From an uncultured Gammaproteobacteria bacterium (GTDB lineage: Bacteria > Patescibacteriota > Microgenomatia > PFEM01 > JAPLYW01): a stretch of 64,000 nt of DNA. Within the stretch, counting starts at the first letter, position 1, and every line of letters starts with the position of its first letter. The stretch spans positions 239,701 to 303,700 of the forward strand of contig OZ246397.1 in the NCBI GenBank assembly GCA_965230945.1, read 5' to 3'. The notes beneath the pieces are model-generated. The model worked only from the letters and a program-made list of their open reading frames with translations. It was not told the DNA's origin and did no database searches. This document shows positions 57,768 to 64,000 of the stretch, in pieces. The position numbers and the translations under genes are program-made.

Positions 57768-59523
57768 TTGATTTCTCTCTTACTATTTTAACACCACCAA
57801 TCTTTTTAAGGGAAGTAACGTGCGGTCCTCCGCAAACTTCCTTAGAGAAATCACCAATAAAATAAACCTTAACTTTACCCCCATAACGCTTATCAAAAAA
57901 TGCCAAAGCCCCTTTTTTCCTAGCTTCATCTAAACTCATGGCTCTCATCTTTACTGGTAAATCAGCTTTGATTTTCTTATTAACTAAGTCTTCTATCTTC
58001 TTAATTTCTTTCTCTGTTAATTTTTCTGAATGAGCAAAATCAAAACGTAATCTCTTTGAGGTAATGTTACTACCTACTTGACGGATATGAGAACCCAGCA
58101 CCTCCCGTAAAGCTTGATGCAAAAGGTGAGTAGCCGTATGATATTTAACTGCCTTTTCACTTGTTTCAGCTAACCCTCCTTTAAATATTCTTTTGGCAGT
58201 AGTACATGATAGTTTTTGATGCTTTCTGTAAATCTTTTCAAATTCATTCCTGTCAATTGTTTTTCTTCTTTTCTTAAACAATTCTTCAGAGACTTCAAGA
58301 GGAAAACCATATGTTTGAAAAAGATTAAAGGCTAATAAAGCATTCAGCTGATTATCGTCCGCCTTTTCAAACTCCTTTAAACCCTTATCTAAAGAACGAG
58401 CAAACTTATTCATCTCTTGACTAATTATTTTACTAATTAAATTTCTAACTTTTATTTCTTCTTTAAAGTATTTATTATCATAATCTTCATAAACCTTAAC
58501 TACCCCATTACAAATATCTCCTAAATCTCGGACAGACGTTAAACCCATACCCAACTGATGCATTTTAACAGCCGCACGTCTAATTAAACGGCGTAAAACA
58601 TATCCACGTTCGACATTGGAGGGTTCTATACCATCGGCAATAATAAAAGTGGCAGCACGTAAGTGATCAGCAATGACGCGCATAGCTCTCTTGTTTTGAT
58701 GATCATATTTCTTCCCAGAAATCTGCTCAATCTGATTAATTAAACTACTAAACAATTCTGTTTGATAAACATCCTTTTTGCCCTGTAAGATAGCTGTTGT
58801 TCTTTCCACTCCCATACCAGTATCGATATTGCGTTGCTTCAATTTTTCTAATTTGCCATTGGGCAAGCGATTAAATTCCATAAAAACATCATTCCAGATT
58901 TCCACATATTTCCCGCAATTATCTCCTGGCTGACAACTTGCTCCGCAAGGTTTTTTACCGGTATCATAAAACATCTCTGTATCTGGACCACAAGGTCCCG
59001 TTTCCCCCACCGACCACCAATTATCTTTTTTACCTAAAAAATAAATTTTCGATGAAGACACCCCTAAACTCTGCCAAATTTTGGCTGTCTGTTCATCTCG
59101 AGGGGCATCTTTACCACCAGTAAAACAACTAACAAAAATCTTTTTAGGGTCTAAATTAAGTCCTTTGGTTAAAAACTCCCAAGAATATTCAAGCACCTCT
59201 TTTTTCCAATAATCACCTAAGCTCCAATTCCCCAGCATCTCAAAAAAAGTTAGATGACAACTATCACCGATACTTTCAATATCTTGAGTTCGCAAACAGC
59301 GCTGATTAGAAACTAATCTTTTGCCCTGCGGATGAGGTTCTCCTAAAAGATAAGGCACTAAAGGATGCATGCCGGAATTAACAAATAAAGCACTGGGGTC
59401 ATTCTCAGGAATTAAAGAAACATTAGGAAGAAGTCGATGATCTTTTTTAATAAAAAAATCCAAATATCTCCTTTTTAATTCAGAAGCTTTCATAAAATTA
59501 TGATACTCAAAATTGAGCTTCAA
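57721..59523 (-). CDS. alaS: Alanine--tRNA ligase, compact form (catalytic + tRNA-binding + editing domains, no C-Ala domain)
   Basis: FFIKKDHRLLPNVSLIP...DPSALFVNSGM...QRCLR...HLTFFEMLGNWSLGDYWK; editing motifs HTATHLLHQAL and CGGPHV. 600 aa; the start is probably at the 11th-codon Met. Confidence 0.85.
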   Translation of the reverse strand: MKLNFEYHNFMKASELKRRYLDFFIKKDHRLLPNVSLIPENDPSALFVNSGMHPLVPYLLGEPHPQGKRLVSNQRCLRTQDIESIGDSCHLTFFEMLGNWSLGDYWKKEVLEYSWEFLTKGLNLDPKKIFVSCFTGGKDAPRDEQTAKIWQSLGVSSSKIYFLGKKDNWWSVGETGPCGPDTEMFYDTGKKPCGASCQPGDNCGKYVEIWNDVFMEFNRLPNGKLEKLKQRNIDTGMGVERTTAILQGKKDVYQTELFSSLINQIEQISGKKYDHQNKRAMRVIADHLRAATFIIADGIEPSNVERGYVLRRLIRRAAVKMHQLGMGLTSVRDLGDICNGVVKVYEDYDNKYFKEEIKVRNLISKIISQEMNKFARSLDKGLKEFEKADDNQLNALLAFNLFQTYGFPLEVSEELFKKRRKTIDRNEFEKIYRKHQKLSCTTAKRIFKGGLAETSEKAVKYHTATHLLHQALREVLGSHIRQVGSNITSKRLRFDFAHSEKLTEKEIKKIEDLVNKKIKADLPVKMRAMSLDEARKKGALAFFDKRYGGKVKVYFIGDFSKEVCGGPHVTSLKKIGGVKIVREKSIGAGQRRIYAQLIEK

Positions 59524-59531
59524 AACAAGGA

Positions 59532-59906
59532 TTAGGCTAAAGATTTACCATTTTTGGTGAAGAATTTTTTAGCGGCTTTACGACCTCTTTCTTGAAGTTC
59601 TTCTATTTTAGACAATTTTTCTTCTGAAATATTATCTACAAGTTCCCCTTTAGCTTGATCAAATCTCTGTTTAATTTCAGTTTCCACATCTCCTACCCTT
59701 TTTTTAAATTCTTTGCCTTTTCTTTCAATATCCTCAACAATGGTTGTCAAATTTTCAATAATGTCTTCGCTTTTTTCTTTAATCTGTTTGGCAGTTTTTT
59801 CACCCTCTTTGGTCTTGGTAAAAAACCAAACCAAACCAGCGCCAATTATCATACCAAAAATTAAAGATGAGAAAGAACCACCTTTATGCTCATGATTGTT
59901 CATCAT
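59532..59906 (-). CDS. YtxH-like protein (N-terminal TM, coiled-coil C-terminus)
   Basis: SSLIFGMIIGAGLVWFF followed by Glu/Lys-rich helical repeats. Confidence 0.5.
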   Translation of the reverse strand: MMNNHEHKGGSFSSLIFGMIIGAGLVWFFTKTKEGEKTAKQIKEKSEDIIENLTTIVEDIERKGKEFKKRVGDVETEIKQRFDQAKGELVDNISEEKLSKIEELQERGRKAAKKFFTKNGKSLA

Positions 59907-60171
59907 TCTCCTCTTTTCCTTTCCTTTTCTTAAAAACCCAGTTCAAAAGGCCGGTAATCCCAGAAAGACCACTAATCGAACTCGAAAGGGAAGAAATCGG
60001 CTTAGCTATTGATTCAGAAATATCCCCAGCATCATCTAAAATCTTATTAACCTTTTCAATCGAGCGACGCCCCTCTCTTAGAATGTAAAAAACCTGGATG
60101 CCAATAAAAGCTAGAATAACGGCTAAAACGGAAACAACAACGATGAGTAGAATCTGAGTTGGTGCTAACAT
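59890..60171 (-). CDS. DUF948-like small membrane protein
   Basis: N-terminal TM plus a short charged helix; commonly paired with YtxH-like genes. Confidence 0.45.
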   Translation of the reverse strand: MLAPTQILLIVVVSVLAVILAFIGIQVFYILREGRRSIEKVNKILDDAGDISESIAKPISSLSSSISGLSGITGLLNWVFKKRKGKEENDEQS

Positions 60172-60280
60172 GAGCAGATTAAAATTTTAATTAAGCGCTA
60201 TTTCCTTCGTTAAACATAAAAATCAATTCCTTTTCTTTAAATTTAACTTCTCTGAAGTTTTAGGTCAACTAGAACTTTCT

Positions 60281-60934
60281 CTATCTTTCTAAGTCCTCTG
60301 TTTTATAGATAACGGTTCTTTCAATGCTGTTTTTTCTTCCTGATTTACTGGTAGCCGTAACGATAATACTATTTTCCCCTGGAAAAAGGTCAAAGCCATA
60401 ATGAAACTCACCGCTAGACGAAAGCGTCACCGTCACTCTATTAATAACCACCAACGAATCAGGATCTGCTTTCCCGGTAATTTTAATAATTCTCTCTTTT
60501 ACCTGCAAATTATTCTCAGGAGTAATAACCTTTAAATAAGGGGGGCGGACTAAAGAAAGATACTGATAAATTAAATAAGTCATTAAGCCAAAAAAGAAAA
60601 TCCCAATTAAAACAATCAAGGTCAACTTCGGGCTCCAATTAACTTTCCTTTTATTAAGCGGTTCCACCATTCCCGATAAAACAACCTTCTTTTTTTCTTT
60701 TTTATCAAAATCACGTCTAAAAATGGCCAAAATTTTCTCTGGCGAAAGATCTAGAAATTGTGCATAAGCTCTTAAAAAACCTTTAATTGAGGCTATTGAG
60801 GGAATTTTTTGAAAATCATTTTCTTCTAAAGCGACAAGGATGTTCTGGCGAATTTTAGTTTGACCAGCTACTTGCTCTAAGCTAATATTTTTCTCCAACC
60901 TGGTTTTTTTAATAATCTCTCCTGCAGTCTTCAT
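60281..60934 (-). CDS. rodZ: Cytoskeleton protein RodZ-like (XRE HTH + TM + DUF4115)
   Basis: HTH ISLEQVAGQTKIRQNILVALE, central TM, and C-terminal beta domain. Confidence 0.7.
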   Translation of the reverse strand: MKTAGEIIKKTRLEKNISLEQVAGQTKIRQNILVALEENDFQKIPSIASIKGFLRAYAQFLDLSPEKILAIFRRDFDKKEKKKVVLSGMVEPLNKRKVNWSPKLTLIVLIGIFFFGLMTYLIYQYLSLVRPPYLKVITPENNLQVKERIIKITGKADPDSLVVINRVTVTLSSSGEFHYGFDLFPGENSIIVTATSKSGRKNSIERTVIYKTEDLER

Positions 60935-63012
60935 TGCTGAGTAACTTTAGAGGCAAGATAATCTTGAGCATCTTTATTAAAAACCTCACGAGCCTTGGAA
61001 CCTTCCGCAGGACCAATAATGCCAGCTTTTTCCAATTGATCTAAAATCCGAGCCGCACGAGCATAACCAACCTTCAAACGCCGCTGAAGTAAAGAAGCGG
61101 AGGCTCGATCGTAATTACAAATAGTTCTGACGGCATCATCGAAAAGATCATCTTTCTCTTCAACCTCCTCTATCTTTTCGAGTTGAGCTCTGGTCGGCGT
61201 TTTAGTCACTTCCTCAGTATATCCAGGAGAAACACCTATCTTTTTAAGAAAATCAATCAGTTTTTTAATTTCAGATTCTGAAACAAAAGTCCCTTGAATT
61301 CTTGAGGGCTTAGCCTGATCAGGAGGAATAAAGAGCATGTCCCCTCGGCCTAAAAGCTTCTCCGCTCCTGGAGTATCAATAATTACTCGAGAATCAACTT
61401 GAGAAGAAACATTAAAAGCAATTCTAGAAGAAATATTAGCTTTAATCAAACCCGTTAAAATATCCACCGATGGCCTTTGAGTAGAAACAATTAAATGAAT
61501 GCCTGTCGCTCGAGCCATTTGGGCAATCCGGCAAATAGCATCCTCAACGCTAGTAGGGGAAAAAAGGATAATATCAGCCAATTCATCAATGACGATGACA
61601 ATATAAGGCAAGGCCGCAAAACCAGCCAGCTCATTGTAGCCACCAATGTTTCTAACACCTACTTCAGCAAAAAGTTTATAGCGTCGATCCATTTCTTTAA
61701 TGGACCAATTAAGAGCAGATAATACTTCCTTTGGATCAACAATGGTTGGCGTTAAAAGATGAGGAATGCCATTGTATTGAGTAAGCTCAACTCGTTTAGG
61801 GTCAACTAAAATAAATTTCACTTCACTTGGGGAGGCTCTAAAAAGCATGGTGGTAAGAAAAGAATGTATGCAAACTGACTTCCCACTTCCAGTAGAACCA
61901 GCAATTAAAATATGAGGCATCTTATCGATATCAGCAATGACTGGTTCTCCAGAAACATTAAGACCTAAAGCTACATTCAACTTTGACTTGCTCTTTCTAA
62001 ACTGATCCGAGGCCAGCATGCGTTTAAGATTGACAAATTCTAAGCTACGATTAGGTACTTCAACCCCAACTAAAGAGCGCCCTGGAATAGGAGCTTCAAT
62101 TCTGATCTGCCCAGTTGGGGCGGCTAAAGCTAAGGCCAAATCATTAGCTAAAGCTGTAACTTTAGAAAGTTTTGTTCCTAAAGCAATCTCTAAAGCATAT
62201 TGAGTAACGGCTGGACCTAAATTAACCTCAACTACTCTCGCTGAAACTCCAAAAGATTCCAAAGTTTTTTCAATAATTCCGGCATTCTTTTTAATGTCGC
62301 CACGATCAGCCTTAGTCGTCACTGCCTCTGTTAATAAAGATAAGGGTGGATATTCCCAAGCCTGCCCCTCTGAAGGCAAACTACTAATCACCTTATCGCT
62401 TAGTTGTGATTGTTTTAAATCACTTCCTTGTTCCCCTTGTTGAACTGCATGAGAAGTTACTTGATCAACCTTTCTTTTTTCTTCTTTAACTTCAAAAGGA
62501 AGTTTACGAGATGAAAACTTAGCTTCCTTGCCAATTTTTTTAAGGGAAATAAAAATATTGCTTAAAAACAAAACCATTTCTTCTAAAGAAGTATTAAAAG
62601 TTACCACAAAACCCACCAAAACAAAGCCTAAAAGAATAATAAAAGCTCCCAAATTACTGATTAAAAAAGATAAATTCTGCCAAATTTCAAAACCAATCAC
62701 TCCAGAACGACTCAAAGCAATTAGAGCCACCATTAAAACTAGAGTTCCCACAAAAACATTAGGACGACTAAGACGCCATTGCAACCTAGAAAGCATCAAA
62801 CCTGAAACAATGAGCAAAAAGGGAATAAAAATAACACCCCAACCGAAATAATGAACTAAAAATAGATAAAGATTAGTTAGAAAAGGGCCTTGTCTAGAAA
62901 AAGAAAGAAAGATGATGCCAGCAATAACAAAAAGCCCTACTGTTGAGAAAGTATACAAGGTGGTTTTTTTTAATTTCAGCTTAAATGGCTTTTTCCTTCT
63001 TCCGCGAGGCAT
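60931..63012 (-). CDS. ftsK: DNA translocase FtsK/SpoIIIE
   Basis: Four N-terminal TM segments, Walker A GSTGSGKSV, Walker B, and a gamma domain (winged helix) at the C-terminus. Confidence 0.9.
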   Translation of the reverse strand: MPRGRRKKPFKLKLKKTTLYTFSTVGLFVIAGIIFLSFSRQGPFLTNLYLFLVHYFGWGVIFIPFLLIVSGLMLSRLQWRLSRPNVFVGTLVLMVALIALSRSGVIGFEIWQNLSFLISNLGAFIILLGFVLVGFVVTFNTSLEEMVLFLSNIFISLKKIGKEAKFSSRKLPFEVKEEKRKVDQVTSHAVQQGEQGSDLKQSQLSDKVISSLPSEGQAWEYPPLSLLTEAVTTKADRGDIKKNAGIIEKTLESFGVSARVVEVNLGPAVTQYALEIALGTKLSKVTALANDLALALAAPTGQIRIEAPIPGRSLVGVEVPNRSLEFVNLKRMLASDQFRKSKSKLNVALGLNVSGEPVIADIDKMPHILIAGSTGSGKSVCIHSFLTTMLFRASPSEVKFILVDPKRVELTQYNGIPHLLTPTIVDPKEVLSALNWSIKEMDRRYKLFAEVGVRNIGGYNELAGFAALPYIVIVIDELADIILFSPTSVEDAICRIAQMARATGIHLIVSTQRPSVDILTGLIKANISSRIAFNVSSQVDSRVIIDTPGAEKLLGRGDMLFIPPDQAKPSRIQGTFVSESEIKKLIDFLKKIGVSPGYTEEVTKTPTRAQLEKIEEVEEKDDLFDDAVRTICNYDRASASLLQRRLKVGYARAARILDQLEKAGIIGPAEGSKAREVFNKDAQDYLASKVTQQ

Positions 63013-63036
63013 ATTAAATCCTTTGTTTCAATTTTA

Positions 63037-64000
63037 TCATGAGACGAATTTTGGGTGAAGGGTAATCTCGCCACCCAATTTTACCTGTCCGTCAATTAAC
63101 ATTTCTATTGTCTGATTTTCCCTAGGAAGTAAAATCTTTTCTTGCCGAAAACCCATTTTCTGAGCTAAGATGGCATACTGCTTCATATGCCTAAAAGCAC
63201 CACCAATAGGTAATAAAAATTTCGGCTTAATCAAACTGATAAGCAAAGCCAAATCATTCTGTGAACCATGACCACTAACATGCAAATCATCAAAAATATC
63301 TGAGTAAGAAACAGCTACCCCTAAGTAAGAAAGCTTATCAATTAAACGATGGATAGCCAGTTCATTACCGGGAATATAGTCAGCAGAAAAGACCACCTTA
63401 TCTCCTGGCTTAATTTTAACCTGGCTTTTACCAGAAGCAACCTTATCTAAGGCAGAACCAGCTTGAGCTTGACTACCGGAAATCAAAAAGGCAATTTGAT
63501 CTGGCCTTAAATAATTCGCCTTCTTAAGGGGGACAATGAGATCTTTAGGGATTTTAAGATAACCCAACTCTCTGGCAATATTAATCACCTTTTCTACTGA
63601 CCGACCCAGCAAAACTGCTTTGCGACGATGATTAGCAATAACATTAATGGCTTGTTGCCAACGAGAAATATTAGAGGAAATTGTGGTCACAAAAAATCTT
63701 CCTCGACAATCTCTAATTTCTCTCTCAAAAGATTCCTCAATCATACTCTCCGAAAGAGTGTACCCCTTCTTCTCGCTCCTTAAACAATCTGACAAAAGCA
63801 AATCAACCCCCTGATGACCACAAAGAGCAATCTTGCCAATTTCTGACTGCTTATTCATGACCGGTGTCCAGTCAAATTTAAAATCACTACCATGATAAAT
63901 AAGACCACAAGGGGTTTTAATAATAAAGTGAAAAGTATCAGGAATGGAGTGACTAATAAAAACAAACTCTACCAAAAAAATTCCTAAATTCAATCTGCTG
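63037..64000 (-). CDS. rnj: Ribonuclease J, C-terminal two-thirds (5' end beyond window)
   Basis: beta-CASP and C-terminal domain motifs (HVSGHGSQND, LPIGG); the ORF is open to the window edge. Confidence 0.8.
   Translation of the reverse strand, partial: SRLNLGIFLVEFVFISHSIPDTFHFIIKTPCGLIYHGSDFKFDWTPVMNKQSEIGKIALCGHQGVDLLLSDCLRSEKKGYTLSESMIEESFEREIRDCRGRFFVTTISSNISRWQQAINVIANHRRKAVLLGRSVEKVINIARELGYLKIPKDLIVPLKKANYLRPDQIAFLISGSQAQAGSALDKVASGKSQVKIKPGDKVVFSADYIPGNELAIHRLIDKLSYLGVAVSYSDIFDDLHVSGHGSQNDLALLISLIKPKFLLPIGGAFRHMKQYAILAQKMGFRQEKILLPRENQTIEMLIDGQVKLGGEITLHPKFVS

Noticed and set aside
1-64000. CRISPR arrays, cas genes, transposases, integrases and reverse transcriptases (DGRs are common in CPR).
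   Set aside because: Scanning intergenic regions and ORF translations showed no direct-repeat arrays and no RT (YxDD), transposase (DDE) or integrase (R..H..R..Y) signatures. The only mobile-element-like gene is the HEAR/Vsr-like one.
1-64000. Alternative genetic code (UGA recoding as in SR1/Gracilibacteria).
   Set aside because: Universally conserved proteins (EF-Tu, EF-G, RpoB/C, r-proteins) are full length under the standard code.

Overview
Gene-dense, low-GC window (about 35% by eye) read with the standard genetic code, since the conserved genes are full length without UGA recoding. About 70% is one long minus-strand run of core genes. Reading along the minus strand these are rnj (partial), ftsK, rodZ, DUF948, ytxH, alaS, a large FtsA/PilM-like membrane protein, sortase, ruvX, mltG, rpoB, rpoC, rpsL, rpsG, fusA, tuf, then the S10/spc/alpha ribosomal cluster (rpsJ to rplQ), rplM and rpsI. 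The left third holds recA-recX-rny, hup, nadE, a MiaB-like gene, a PurF-like gene, rubrerythrin plus a desulforedoxin-like gene, miaA, an AI-2E transporter, uppP, and a secDF operon that carries four extra small genes. L30 (rpmD) is absent between rpsE and rplO, which with the compact AlaRS and short MiaB suggests a Patescibacteria/CPR-like genome. I found three RNA features the ORF track cannot show. The first is a reduced RNase P RNA (rnpB, about 13345-13645, + strand), overlapped by a spurious 5' extension of the uppP ORF. The second is a tRNA-Pro(GGG) at 23576-23648. The third is a 38-codon rpmJ (L36) at 29260-29373. The most system-like accessory feature is a lower-GC, own-promoter, two-gene module directly downstream of tRNA-Pro. 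It encodes a multi-zinc-ribbon plus HEAR plus Vsr/DUF559-like nuclease-fold protein and an AlkA/OGG-like HhH-GPD DNA glycosylase. A second accessory cluster at 2129-5987 encodes a SAM methyltransferase, a Cas4-like 4-Cys PD-(D/E)XK nuclease, an MBL hydrolase, a membrane protein and a secreted thermonuclease. Other notable points are a PurF homolog whose N-terminal catalytic Cys is Ser, an M23 peptidase inserted antisense inside the str operon next to a 14-nt perfect palindrome, and a structured 146-nt spacer with hairpin plus U7 between rpsJ and rplC. There is also a GC hairpin in the rpoB leader, and an apparent tendency toward extended -10 promoters placed 6-14 nt from start codons (leaderless or near-leaderless mRNAs). 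No CRISPR array, transposase, integrase or reverse transcriptase was seen.
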